From contig OZ024763.1 of assembly GCA_964016885.1 (NCBI GenBank), positions 10,850,001-10,914,000 of the forward strand: 64,000 bases of DNA, given 5' to 3'. The notes under the pieces were generated by a model, which made no database searches, had not been told where the DNA came from, and saw only the letters and a program-made list of their open reading frames with translations. Shown here in pieces: positions 1-12,420 of this stretch. This DNA is from Eledone cirrhosa. Its lineage: Eukaryota. How positions within the stretch are numbered: position 1 is the first letter of the stretch; each line of letters starts with the position of its first letter. Made by a program: the position numbers and the translations under genes.

Positions 1-735
1 GTGTGGTGGTACAGTGTAGTGTGGTGTGGTGTGATGTAGTATAGGGTGGTGTGGTGTAGTGTAGTGTGGTGCGGTTGTACAGTGTAGTGTAGTGTGGTGG
101 TACAGTGCAGTGTGGTGGTACAGCGTAGTGCGGTGCGGTGTGATGTAGTATAGGGTGGTGTGGTGTGGTGGTACAGTGTAGTGTGGTGTGGTGTGATGTA
201 GTATAGGGGGGTGTGGTGTAGTGTAGTGTGGTGTGGTGGTACAATGTAGTGTAGTGTGGTGGTACAGTGCAGTGTGGTGGTACAGCGTAGTGTGGTGCGG
301 TGTGATGTAGTATAGGGTGGTGTGGTGTGGTGGTACAGTGTAGTGTGGTGTGGTGTGATGTAGTATAGGGGGGTGTGGTGTAGTGTAGTGTGGTGTGGTG
401 CGGTGGTACAGTGTAGTGTAGTGTAGTGTGGTGGTGGTGCAGTGTGGTGGTACAGCGTAGTGTGGTGCGGTGGGTGGTACAGCGCAGTGTGATGTGGTGG
501 TACAGAGTAGTGCAGTGTGGTGTGGTGGTACAGAGTAGTGCAGTGTGGTGTGGTGGTACAGCGCATTGTGGTGTGGTGTGGTGGTATAGCGTAGTGTAGT
601 GTGTTGGTACAGTGTAGTGTGGTGTGGTGGTACAGCGCAGTGTGGTGTGGTGGTTCAGCGTAGTGTAGTGTGTTGGTGTAGTGGTATAGTATTGTGTGGC
701 ATGGTGGTAGTGTAGTGTAATGTGGTGTGGTGTGT
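1..735. repeat. (GTGTG/GTGTA)n complex microsatellite
   Basis: Degenerate pentamer array. Confidence 0.95.
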
Positions 736-807
736 AGGACTTACAAATATATACAGTATACTAGGCAGTACACATACATTACAAAGAGTACTCTCAATAC
801 AATAGAA

Positions 808-1289
808 ATAATTGCTTCTACTTTGGGCACAAGGCCAGCAATTATCCCAGTACAATTACTGGTACTTTATTTTATCGACCCTGTAAGGATGAAAGGCAAA
901 GTTAACCTCGGTGGAATGTGAACTCAGACCGAAAGATGTTTAACTTTATGCTGCAAAGCATGGTGTCCGACCCTCTACCACCCTCCACCACCACCACATG
1001 GTGTCCGACCCTCTACCACCCTCCACCACCACCACATGGTGTCCGACCCTCCACCACCACATGGTGTCCGACCCTCTACCAATACTGCCAATAATAATTC
1101 TTTCTACTTTTGGCACAAGGGCAGCAATTATTCCAGTACATTACTGGTACTTTATTTTATCGACCCCGTAAGGATGAAAGGCATAGTTAACCTCGGTGGG
1201 ATTTGAACTCAGAATGGCAAGGGCCGTAACTCCATGCGTCAAAGCATGGCGTCCGACCCTCTACCGATACTGCCAATCCACCGCTCTTG

Positions 1290-1290
<1 letters not shown>
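808..1290 (-). mobile_element. Two copies of tRNA-derived SINE family B
   Basis: Shared block ggcacaaggccagcaatt...actggtactttattttatcgacccc...ggatgaaaggcaaag...ggatttgaactcag, with a B-box on the minus strand. Confidence 0.8.
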
Positions 1291-1332
<42 letters not shown>

Positions 1333-2905
1333 TGGATAAGAAAACCAGAAATTGTTTATTATGCATGGTGCCCCTCACGCAAGAGCAGATGTGGACCAGC
1401 AGTACATGAAGAGGAGAGATGGAGACCTAGGATTTATTGGTGTCGAAGATAATGTGAGAGCCGGGAAAAGGAAAGTCTGATTAATTACATTAAATGAAGC
1501 AAGGAATGCTTGACCAAAGCAGTAAAAAATTAACTGGTATTAAAGGAAAGGGAGAAAAAAGTAAGGAAGAGGTGCAAAACAGGCATAAAGGGTCAAGGGA
1601 ATGGAAAGATGGCAAGGAACCAAAGAACTGAGAGGCAGACATACATAGGATTGGCTTAGAAGTCTACAGAAAGAAACAGAAACAGAAATCATTATATCTG
1701 CTCAAGACTAAACTATGGAAACCAATCATATTAGGAACCACATATAAAATGCAAATAAAAAAAAACTATGCTGGCTTTGAACTGGACATAAACCGTTGAA
1801 CAACATTCAATCAAGAACAGGTCATAGAGATTCACCTCTACGTTCTTGTGGTGACACTCCAGAAACTATTTGTTCCAATGTAGAAACTATCAGTCTGAGA
1901 GAGAGAGGCCATGTTGAAACCAATCTTTAAAAAACTACCAAGATTGGAAGTTTAATATAAACAAAATCTTTGAGTAGATGGAAGTTAGGAAAAGAATCAA
2001 CAAGAGAAACTGCTGTTTTACAGCTTCCCTTCTTTCCTATTTTCTTTTTCGTCTTCTTGGCCTCCTTCAATATTGGAAATTTTATTTTTCCCTTTTGACT
2101 TTTTTTTTTATTACTTGTGTCACTAGCTCTTCTTGATTACCAACTGTAAGGAGTACTCAATACTCCCCCCCCCCCCCGAGTCTGTTGTGGCTTACTAGCT
2201 CTATACGAACGTTTAAATTGAATAAATAAATAAATAAAAAAGGAAGACATCACCAATGTGCATGATGTGTGGAATGTTCGAGGAGGCAGTGGCACACATA
2301 GTTGTCGAGTGCCATAATTTGGCACAAAATGAACACAAGAAATGGAGACAGGATGAAGTAAGCCAAGATTATACATTGGAAACTATGTCAGGGGGTGAAG
2401 ATAAGTGGTACAACCATAAGTCAGGGAAAGTAATTGAACCAGAAGATTGTAAAATCTTATGAGACTTCACAATACAGACAAGGTTTCAGAGCACAATAAG
2501 CCAGACATAACTGTGGTGGACAAAAGACAGAAATATGGATATATAATAGACCTCCTCATGTCCATTTGGTTTAAGAGAGGAGAAAAAGAAAAGGAAATGG
2601 AGAAAAATTATAATCCATTAAAGTATGAGATTGCATGGTTGTGGAAATTGAAAAAGGTTAAAGTCATACCAGTTGTAATAAGTGCTTTGGGAACAGTAAC
2701 CCATAAATTTGATTATTGGATAAAGGAAATGGAGTGTCTTATAGCATTAGTCTAGAAAGCTTGCCTTTTGGGAACAGCACGACTCATCAGGAAAGTTATG
2801 GACAGTTGATGGAGACAAATTTAGTGATAACTAAGACCACTGGTTGTGGTTTGCTATCACACTATACAGATTTTCAACACCTTATCTCAGAAAACAACCC
2901 TATAA
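1333..2905 (+). mobile_element. Dong/R4-clade non-LTR retrotransposon, 5'-truncated and degenerate, interrupted at about 1750-2235
   Basis: DKKTR..MHGAPHARADVD..Y..R post-RT motif, CxxC..H..C zinc knuckle (CMMCGMFEEAVAHIVVEC), and restriction-like endonuclease motif (HNKPDITVVDK...VIPVVISALG). Starts directly after (TAA)n. Confidence 0.85.
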
Positions 2906-2911
2906 TGATAA

Positions 2912-3130
2912 TCGTTTCTGATTTAGGCACAAGGCCAACAATTTGATGGGAGGGGAAAGTTGATTAAATCAACTCCAGTTCATTACTGGTACTTTATTTT
3001 ATCGACCCTGTAAGGATGAAAGGCAAAGCTAATCTCGGCGGGATTCGGACTCAGAATGTAAAGAGACATAACTATGCCATGAAGCCTGGTGTCCAACGCT
3101 CTACCAATTCTGCCAATCCACTGCCCTATA
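2912..3130 (-). mobile_element. SINE family B copy
   Basis: Same block as 808-1290. Confidence 0.8.
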
Positions 3131-3392
3131 ATCCAATGATAATAATGGTTTCTGATTGAGGCACAAGGTGAACAATTTTAGAGGGGGGGGGGAGAATAAA
3201 GATCGATTCAGTCTAGAACAATCTCTCCAACCCATGCTAGCTTAGATATGAAAGTAAGGATGATGGTGGTGAAAAGTTTTTTCTTGTCATGGAAATTCAA
3301 ATTTCTTCTCTAAAAAATGTTATGACAGCAGTACTCCAGCATGGTCACAAGCCATGGCTGGAACAGGTGTAAATTTTTGAAGTTTTACTTAC

Positions 3393-3454
3393 CTTTCTAA
3401 AAATTTGTTAAACTCTTCTTTATTTAATTTTTTTCTAATTTCATCTTTGTATTT
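3393..3454 (-). CDS. GRK2: GRK2/3-type kinase internal exon, RH domain
   Basis: Splice context cttcttcttccacag|62 nt|gtaagt, phase 0-2. Translates KYKDEIRKKLNKEEFNKFLE(S), similar to human [21 protein letters not shown], and is in frame with the previous exon. Confidence 0.9.
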
Positions 3455-3494
3455 CTGTGGAAGAAGAAGATATCAATAAAATAAAGAACGAGGA

Positions 3495-4635
3495 CAGCTT
3501 AAGGTACCCCTAACTTTGTATGATCGGCTTAAGGTGCCTCTAACTTTGTAAGGTCAGTCTAAGGTACCCCTAGCTTTGTAAGGTCAGCTTAACCCTTTAG
3601 CATTTACATTACTCTATATATACTATTGTATTTTCATGGTAAACACTATTTTACATAATTATCTCGCATAATCACAGTAATAGAGCAGCCAGTTACAGCC
3701 AGTTTGAACAGAAAGAAGTGAATTCTGGCCCAAATATGGCCGGTTTAAATGCTAAAGAGTTAAGGGAACCCTAGCTTTGTAGGGTCAGCTTAAGGAACCC
3801 TAATCAGCTCAAGGTATCTAACTTTGTGGGGTCAGTGTAAGGTACCCTTAACTTCATAAGGACAAGCTAAGGTGTCCATAACTTTGTATGGTCAGCTTAA
3901 GGTACCCCTAGCTTTGTGTGGTCAGCTTGAGGAAACCCTAAATTTGTATGGTCAGTCTAAGGTACTCCTAACTTTGTAAGGTTAGCCTAAGGTACCCTTA
4001 ACTTTGTAAGGTTAGCTTATGGTACTCCTAACTTTGTAAAGTCAGCTTAAGGTACTCCTAACTTTGTAAGGTCAGCTTATGGTACCCCTAACTTTGTAAG
4101 GTTAGCCTAAGGTACTCCTAACTTTGTAAGGTTAGCCTAAGGTACCCTTAACTTTGTAAGGTTAGCCTAAGGTGCTCCTAACTTTGTAAGGTTAGCCTAA
4201 GGTACTCCTAACTTTGTAAGGTTAGCCTAAGGTACCCTTAACTTTGTAAGGTTAGCCTAAGGTACCCTTAACTTTGTAAGGTTAGCTTAAGATACTCCTA
4301 ACTTCGTAAGGTCAGCTTAAGGTACTCCTAACTTCGTAAGGTCAGCTTAAGATACCCCTAACTTTGTAAGGTCAGCTTAAGATACTCCTAACTTTGTAAG
4401 GTCAACTTAAGATACCCTTAACTTTGTAAGGTCAGCTTAAGGTACTCCTAACTTTGTAAGGTCAGCTTAAGATACCCCTAACTTTGTAAGGTCAGCTTAA
4501 AGTACCCCTAACTTTTAAGGTTAGCCTAAGGTACACATAACTTTGTGAGGTCAAAGATACCCCTAACATTGATGGGACAGTATAAGATACTCCTAAGTTT
4601 GTAACGTCTGCTTAAAGTACCCATAACTTTGTACC
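3495..4635. repeat. 30-bp minisatellite (ggtcagcttaaggtacccctaactttgtaa)n interrupted by a MITE
   Basis: About 30 degenerate copies. Confidence 0.9.
3589..3763. mobile_element. piggyBac-like MITE family 1
   Basis: TTAA-CCCTTTAGCATTTA ... TAAATGCTAAAGAG-TTAA: terminal inverted repeats with TTAA on both sides. Homologs at 22711, 38401 and 43843. Confidence 0.8.
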
Positions 4636-4720
4636 TACCTTGGGTGACACCAGATAATCACCAGGAAATTGAACAACACATCTAAAAGTGTGAGGACATG
4701 CATATATATACACACACACA

Positions 4721-4823
4721 TAAAGGGTGCCCCCCAAATATGTATACATACTTCAACAGCATTCTAATAAACATTGCCTGTTCAGGTAATCAAAGTGTGT
4801 ATACATTTTTGGGACACCCTGTA
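4721..4823. mobile_element. Tc1/mariner MITE, about 100 bp
   Basis: TA + agggtgccccccaaatatgtatacatactt ... aagtgtgtatacatttttgggacaccctg + TA. Confidence 0.75.
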
Positions 4824-4884
4824 TATGTATATGTGTATATATATATAAATTATATATATATAGATATAAATTATAAATATATAG

Positions 4885-7228
4885 ATCATCATCATCATTT
4901 TACGTCCGCTTTACCCTGTTTGCAAGGGTGGGACGGGTCTTATTCAGCATAGCATCTCTCCACTTGTCACGGTCCTTCGTCATCTCCACCGTGAGCTTCA
5001 GTGATCTGAGGTCTGTTCTCACCACCTCCGCCCATGTTTTTCGTGGTCTACCTCTACCACGTCTTCCTTCAACTGGCATTTCTTCACCCATTGGTCATCC
5101 TCCATGCGCATCACATGTCCATACCACCTCAGTCTCCTCTCTCGCACACTACATTCTATCCCTCTCAACACATTCATGCTGGGTCGTTCACGCACATTGA
5201 CTTTGCACATCCAACGGAGCATGCTTGCCTCATTTCTCTCCAGCCGTCGCATATCCTCTGCAGTTGCTGCCCATGTCTCACTACCATGCAGCATCGTGCT
5301 CCTCACACAGGCATCATATAATCGGCCTTTCGTACGCAGGGAGAAACCCTTCTTCGTCAGCAGAGGAAGCAGCTCCCTAAACTTCTTCCAACCCGTCCTT
5401 ATTCTAGATACTATGGCCTTGGAACACCCCCCTCCCATGCTAATCTGATCTCCTAGGTACCGGAAGCTATCCACTACTTCTATAACACCCGCCTGCATTT
5501 GAAAAATGTGTATCAATGCGACTTCTACTGTCTAATTTCCCTGTACATCTACTGCATATGTATTTCACCCTACCTGTTAGTTTGCCTGCTATCCCACTAC
5601 ATCTGCATATCGAACATGGCCATTTCCCTGACGGAATCAGAGTTTTGTCCTCTTCTCTACTTATCAACACTTTTGTCTTAGCTAGGTTCACTCTCAGTCC
5701 TCTTGCTTCCAACTGCTGTTTCTATAGCCAGAATTTATTCTCTAGCTCCTCTACTGATTCTGCTATAAGAACCAGATCGTCAGCATAGAGAAGTTCCCAT
5801 GGACAGCCAGTCTTAAACTCCTCTGTTATAGCTTGGAGGACTATAATGAACAAGAGCGGGCTGAGGACCGAACCTTGATGCACTCCTACTTGTATCTGGA
5901 ATTCCTCACTAAACTCCATTCCTACCCTGACTTTACTGACAGTACCTCTGTACAAAGTTAGCACTGTCCTCACAAGCCATTCCTCAACACCTAGCTTCCT
6001 TAGGGACCACCAGATGACAGATCGGGGTACCCTATCAAAGGCCTTCTCTAGGTCAACAAAGGCTAAGTATAGTGGCTTATTCTTCTCTAAGAACCTCTCT
6101 TGTAGTTGTCTCACTAAAAAGAGGGCATCTGTTGTACTCTTCCCAGGCACAAAACCAAACTGCATCTCATCTAGTTTGACCCTTTCTCTAATTAGTTGTG
6201 CTAATATCCTTTCTGCCACTTTTATAACCTGATCCATCAGTTTTATACCCCTATAATTGCTCCTCTCCAGAGCATCCCCTTTACCTTTGTAGCAATTTAT
6301 GAGAATACTGCTGCACCAGTCTTTGGGTATAACACCACCATATATAGCCTGATTAATGATGCGTGCAACCAGTTTAGTGCCTACGTCCCCTGATGCCTTC
6401 AGCATCTCAGCAACTATCCCCGACGGTTCAGCAGCCTTACCATTTTTCATTTCCTTAATCGCCTCTTGGACCCTATATTCATCAATCTCAATAGCTGGTC
6501 CCTCTGTCGGATCTACTGAGGGTAATTTCTCTCTCCCCCATTCGTTCTCCACATTCATCAGACTCTCATAATGACATTTACAGGCCTCCTTTTTCTGATC
6601 ATTCATGACACTAAGTACACCGGCATCATTCCGGACACATTTATCTCCAACAACATCCTTATTTGCACTGACACACTGCTTTGCAATGCAGAACACTGCA
6701 CGTCTCTGATCTTCCCATCACAGAACATTGGTAAACCTCCTACTCTCAGGCTCCCTGCGTGCTAAGTACACTTGACGTCTAGCTTCTCTCTTAGCGGCTG
6801 TATATCCTTCTCTACTCCCACCCTTTTTCCAAGCCTTCCATACTTGTCTTTTGTCTCTAATGGCCCTATCTACTGTGCTGTTCCACCACCAGGTCACTCT
6901 CTGTCTGGTTGGAGCTCTGCTCCAGCCACAAGTTTCATCAGTAGCCTGCAGTAAGTTGTCACATAAGAAATTCCAGCTATCATCTATGTCATATGACTCT
7001 AAATCATTGTCTTTTTCGTCATACACATCTTGAAGGGCTTTCCTAAATTTGTATTTTAGTGAAAGGTCTTTTAGCTTCCAGACCTTTCTTCTCCACACCT
7101 TCCTATATGTCTCATTCCATCTCTTGCTTACTGAGATATCACTAACGACTAACCTATGCTGTGGGGTACATTCTTCACCAGGGTAAGCCTTGGTATTTGA
7201 CACCATCTGCCTGTCCCGCTGCCTAACT
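4885..7228 (-). mobile_element. RTE LINE, 5'-truncated and frameshifted
   Basis: RT motifs (FVDLEKAFDRV, QGSVLSP, LLYADDL), C-terminal WYGHVMRM..GRGRPRKTW, and an (ATG)n tail. Confidence 0.95.
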
Positions 7229-7245
7229 ATTAAGAAGATATAAAT

Positions 7246-7278
<33 letters not shown>

Positions 7279-7299
7279 ATATATAAAGAGAGAGAGGGA

Positions 7300-7372
<73 letters not shown>

Positions 7373-7399
7373 CAGCAGAAAATCTGAAGTTATATTTAC

Positions 7400-7486
7400 A
7401 TTAAACACATGATTTCCAAGCTGTTTGGTTTTTCTTGCTTTAGTGAGGGCATCTTGCACATTATTGATGGCTGTTTTTGTGTATTC
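7400..7486 (-). CDS. GRK2: GRK2/3-type kinase internal exon, RH domain
   Basis: Splice context ctctttcattcaatag|87 nt|gtaaat, phase 0-0. Translates EYTKTAINNVQDALTKARKTKQLGNHVFN, similar to human [25 protein letters not shown] with 4 extra residues. Confidence 0.88.
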
Positions 7487-7691
7487 CTATTGAATGAAAG
7501 AGAAACAAATACAGAGAGGTCTTGATAAGGGTTGTATATAAATAAGTACATATAAACACAAAAAGCAAATATTTTCAGATGATCCCGATTTGGGTGAAAA
7601 CAGAAATTACTTGATTAAATTTTTAATCTGTGCCCCAATAATATATATTTGCAAGCAGCAAACAGCCGCAGGAAACAAGCACCACCAAACT

Positions 7692-9045
7692 CTGGGAGGG
7701 TTCTGTAGAAACAGTAGACAGCTTCTGCTACCTAGGTGACTGAATTAGCAGCGGAGGTGGGTGTTCGGAAAGTACAATAACTAGGGTAAGAACGGGATGG
7801 AAGAAGTTCAGGGAGCTACTGCCACTGCTAGCTGCAAAAGGCTTTTTACCTCAAAATGAAAGGCAGACTGTATGATGTGTGTATAAGAACAGCAATGTTA
7901 CATGGTAGTGAGACCTGGGTGCTGTCTGTGGAAGACTTGTCTAGATTAGAAAGAAACGAAGCCTGCATGCTCCGATGGATGTGTAATAGTAATATACACG
8001 AACGACAAAGTATAAACGAATTGAGAGAGAGACTGAGCATAACAGGAATCAAATGCTGTGTGTAGGAGAGGAAGTTACATTGGTATGGACATGTGATGCG
8101 TATGAAGGATGCATAAAAAGGTGCAGAGCACTAGAAGTCGATGGAAGCCACGGAGTGGGGAGACCCAAGAAAACCTGGGACAAGGTGATAAAAGCCCACC
8201 TTACCCAATTGCACCTTTCAAGAGCAATGACACACGACCGTGACCTCTGGTGTCACGCAGTAATACAGAAGACCCCCCCCCCCCACAGGTATAAGCCGAA
8301 GCTGAAAAATTTAGACAATATGCCCCCACACCCTCCCACTGCAAAGTGGTTGTGGAGGTGCCACGGCAAAAAAGCACCCAGCCCACACTGTAAAGTGGAC
8401 GTGGAGGTGCCACGCCAAAAAAACACCCAGCCCACACTGTAAAGTGGACGTGGAGGTGCCACGGCAAAAAAGCACCCAGCCCACACTGTAAAGTAGTCGT
8501 GGAGGTGCCATGGCAAAAAAGCACCCAGCCCACACTGTAAAGTAGTCGTGGAGGTGCCATGCCAAAAAAGCACCCAGCACTCACTGTAAAGTGGACGTGG
8601 AGGTGCCATGGCAAAAAAGCACCCAGCCCACACTGTAAAGTAGTCGTGGAGGTGCCATGCCAAAAAAGCACCCAGCACTCACTGTAAAGTGGACGTGGAG
8701 GTGCCACGGCAAAAAAGCACCCAGCCCACACTGTAAAGTAATCGTGGAGGTGCCATGCCAAAAAAGCACCCAGCACTCACTGTAAAGTGGACGTGGAGGT
8801 GCCACGGCAAAAAAGCACCCAGCCCACACTGTAAAGTGGACGTGTAGGTGCCATGGCAAAAAGCAGTCAGCACTCACTGTAAATGAGGTTGGTGTTAGGA
8901 AGGGCATCCAGCTGTAGAAATCAAGCCAGAATCAGTTCCTGTATGAGCAAGGCATGGTCAGCCAACCAGACACTGCCCACAACAGGACAACCCGTCTAAC
9001 CCATGCTAGCCTGGAAGAACGGGCGTAAAACGATGATGATGATGA
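7692..9045 (+). mobile_element. RTE 3' fragment whose 3' UTR is SINE-A body plus tail; contains an internal 49-bp tandem expansion
   Basis: MKGRLYDVCIRTAMLHGSETW...DRDLW, then about 11 copies of a 49-bp unit (8340-8880), then ggttggtgttaggaagggcatccagc...(GAT)n. Confidence 0.85.
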
Positions 9046-9620
9046 TATATATGTATATATATATGGAGAGAGAGGAGAGAGGAGAGTGCTCTGAGGATAG
9101 GATAGAGGAAGTTTAGAAAGCTACTGTTGACAACAAAAGGTTTCTCCTTGCGTACAAAAGAACAATTTGGTTGGTCTGAATAGTAGGACATTTGGCCAAG
9201 GTGCTACAGTAGCATAGACATAAAGACTATGTAATTGTGAAGCTAATATCTTAACCATACAGACATAATCACATCTATAAATAGAATTCAAAATATAAAT
9301 AAAAAAAAGTCTTAAGCTCCCAACAGTTCAAAGGAAATGGCTTCAGCTTTATTTATTCTAAATAAACTATCCCCGCACAGACCTACACAGACCCACACAG
9401 ACAGACACACAATTTCAACTACACACGCAGAGGATCAACTGCAAATACACACACAGAGTAAATGGTATATATAAATTTCAAGAGAAATAGAGAGAAAGAG
9501 GGAGAGAGAATTAACAATGGTGTCCTTGATTGAAACTAACGATAGGAAAACACCCACACCTACATCAGTACAGCAAGCTCGGAATATACATTACCCACAT
9601 ATAATTTATATATAATAATA

Positions 9621-9897
9621 ATAATAATATAGACAAGGTATTAAATTTTCATTACATTTATTGAGGTGTGGCACCCATTTCACGATTGATTAGCTCAAGG
9701 TTTGATCTGTATTGATCAGGCCCAACTCTGGAATCAAAAGCTCATTGGACTTCTTACCATAACAGAAGACCAATGAGCTTTTGATTCTAGAGTCGGGCCT
9801 GATCAATACAGATCAAATCTTGAGCTGATCAATCGTGAAATGGGTGTTACACCTCAGTAAATGTAATGAAAATTTAGTACCTTGTCTATATTATTAT
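9621..9897. repeat. Near-perfect palindrome, 134-bp arms, 9-nt loop
   Basis: Arms 9621-9754 and 9764-9897 differ at 9 positions. Confidence 0.95.
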
Positions 9898-10235
9898 CAT
9901 TGTTACACTCTGCTTAGTACAACACCAAAATACCTACTGGAAACTACGCATCAGGGGCTGACTTTGGTGGACCTACAGTAACTTGATGTTACAATCCCTA
10001 AACAATATATATATATGAATATATCATCAGCATCATCATCGTTTAACATCCATCTTCCACACTAGCATGGGTTGGACGATTTTGTTTCACTTGAGGGGAG
10101 ATTGGTTGGGAGACTGTGTCTCGCTTGTACAGAACTGTCCCTGGCAGGTTTTCTACGGCTGGTTGCCTCTTTACCCGACCATTTTACAGTGTGGACTGTA
10201 AAATATAATATAAACTATTATTGTTACTCAACAGT

Positions 10236-10321
10236 TTCCTGTTATCTAAGGTTTCAAAGCTTGTCCCTGTCTTAAAATTAGCTTATGGTCAGCCCGAGAA
10301 TTTGCTTCTCTTCAGGCAAGA
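10236..10321 (-). ncRNA. Degenerate type I hammerhead ribozyme
   Basis: TCTTGC-CTGAAGA-GAAGC..GCTTT-GAAA-CCTTAGA-TA-ACAGGA. Confidence 0.6.
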
Positions 10322-10629
10322 TTATGGCTGACATTACTTCATATGAGATCTTGTGAGGCCAATCTTGTGAGGGAAATAAGGTAGGTATCATTTGGTTATT
10401 CAAGGGGAGTAATTCCTGTATTTATATGTTTATAAGTTTGTATGTATTATATATATTGTTAAAATGTATGTGTAAGTGTTGTGTGTTTGTGTCTGCATGT
10501 GTGTGTGTTATGTGTATATTATTTACTGTTTGTTATGCTTTTATTAGGTGCATGGTGATGTGTGTGTGGATTAAGGTGGGTGCAAATTGACTGAGTGATG
10601 ATGTTGGATGTCTGGGCTTTCATCTTCCC

Positions 10630-10925
10630 ATGCTGATAGAAGGTAGGATTTTAAGTGCAAGCAAACTCCAAATAGCTCATTCTTAGTGTGCAAGTATCTA
10701 TTGGTCTATTTCAATCCCGGTAATACCTGGAATTTCTTGCTTAGGCAAAGTGAACACCTCTTAGTTCATTTGATGTAATACCTGGACCAATCTAGGATAT
10801 TCCATTTAATAATGTAGAATATCCCTTTATCTTTCTGATCCCATACTCAGTTTGCCAGTGCCATGGCTGTCTTCATTTGCAGGTGTCTAAAAGGTGCGAT
10901 ATATGAGTGGCACTATTATTTAAAT
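10630..10925 (-). mobile_element. Penelope-like element GIY-YIG endonuclease C-terminal relic
   Basis: F..H...FRH....ALAN.VWDQKDKGI...KWNILD..RYY...KRCSLCL.KK...ELFGVCLH, with stop codons. Confidence 0.7.
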
Positions 10926-11689
10926 CAGTTCGCAATTCAGTTTGGTTGATTGTATCAGAATTCATCAGCAGCCACAAGCCTCCTTCAACAAAAACACTGC
11001 ATCTTCTCCGAGTGAATGAAGGGAGCTTCTATGTGAGGGATTGGTTCCCATCCCAAAGGGAAGGTACCACTAGGTCTATGAGCTACGTTGAAAGTTTCAA
11101 CTACTTAGCAATAAACAACATACACACACAGTACTAAACTCATTCCATGTTGTTTGTTGTTTTATCACCAGAGAAAGAAATCCTGATAGCTTGCATGTGT
11201 GTGTGTCTGTCAGTCGTTGCCAACATCATACGGATAGCAGTTTGAAATAAAGCCAGCAGTGACATTTGTTTATGTTCTCCATAAACAATATGCGCAAGAG
11301 TTTCATGGCTTTAAGTCAACCCTACTTAAAATCTGACCATAGTAAGACTGTCTCAATAAAATCTCATTCCAACCGATGCAAGCAGCTGTAAAAACAATGT
11401 TGGTGAACATTATTGTTTTGTACCCCAAAGTTTTCTTAGGTCTAATTCTTTAACCTAAGCCCTGAATATCCTTCATGGGTATATCTGTTTAGTCCTTCTC
11501 ATACAAAGCCACCAGAAATGGCCCCTGGCTCTATGATACAAAGCTGCTCAATTTAAAATATTCATATCTGAAAACCTTCCATCTTAATTTTATATCAGGA
11601 TATTTGTTGTATTACTAAATCACTTCAAATTCCTGATTTTTAAAAAAGTATTTGAAAACTATTGGGTGTGTCATTCATTATAAATATAG

Positions 11690-12420
11690 TAATGAAAGGG
11701 TTAAAAACAGACAGTTTCTTTCATTAGAAATATGGTAATGAAAGGGTTAATGACATAGACAGTGTCTTTCATTAGTAATATGGTAATGAAAGGGTTAAGG
11801 ACATAGATAGTGTCTTTCATTAGAAATATGGTAATGAAAGGATTAATGACATAGACTGTCTTTCATTAGAAATATGGTAATGAGAGGGTTAAAGACATAG
11901 ACTGTGTCTTTCATTAGAAATATGGTAATGAAAGGGTTAATGACATAGACAGTGTCTTTCATTAGAAATATGGTAATGAAAGGATTAATGACATAGACAG
12001 TGTCTTTCATTAGAAATATGGTAATGAGAGGGTTAAAGACATAGACTGTGTCTTTCATTAGAAATATGGTAATGAAAGGGTTAAAGACATAGACAGTGTC
12101 TTTCATTAGAAATATGGTAATGAAAGGGTTAATGACATAGACAGTGTCTTTCATTAGAAATATGGTAATGAAAGGATTAATGACATAGACAGTGTCTTTC
12201 ATTAGAAATATGGTAATGAGAGGGTTAAAGACATAGACTGTGTCTTTCATTAGAAATATGGTAATGAAAGGGTTAAAGACATAGACAGTGTCTTTCATTA
12301 GAAATATGGTAATGAAAGGGTTAATGACATAGACAGTGTCTTTCATTAGAAATATGGTAATGAAAGGGTTAATGACATAGACAGTGTCTTTCATTAGAAA
12401 TATGGTAATGAAAGGGTTAA
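11690..12420. repeat. 48-bp minisatellite made of the terminus of piggyBac-like MITE family 2
   Basis: About 15 units, each containing ggtaatgaaagggTTAA. Related single MITE sequences at about 14400-14620, 41890-42060 and 42903-43150. Confidence 0.85.

Noticed and set aside
11420-11485. HHR-like arrangement on minus (also about 22005-22040 and 59455-59495)
   Set aside because: Two or more core positions are wrong or stem II is missing, so it is not distinguishable from chance.
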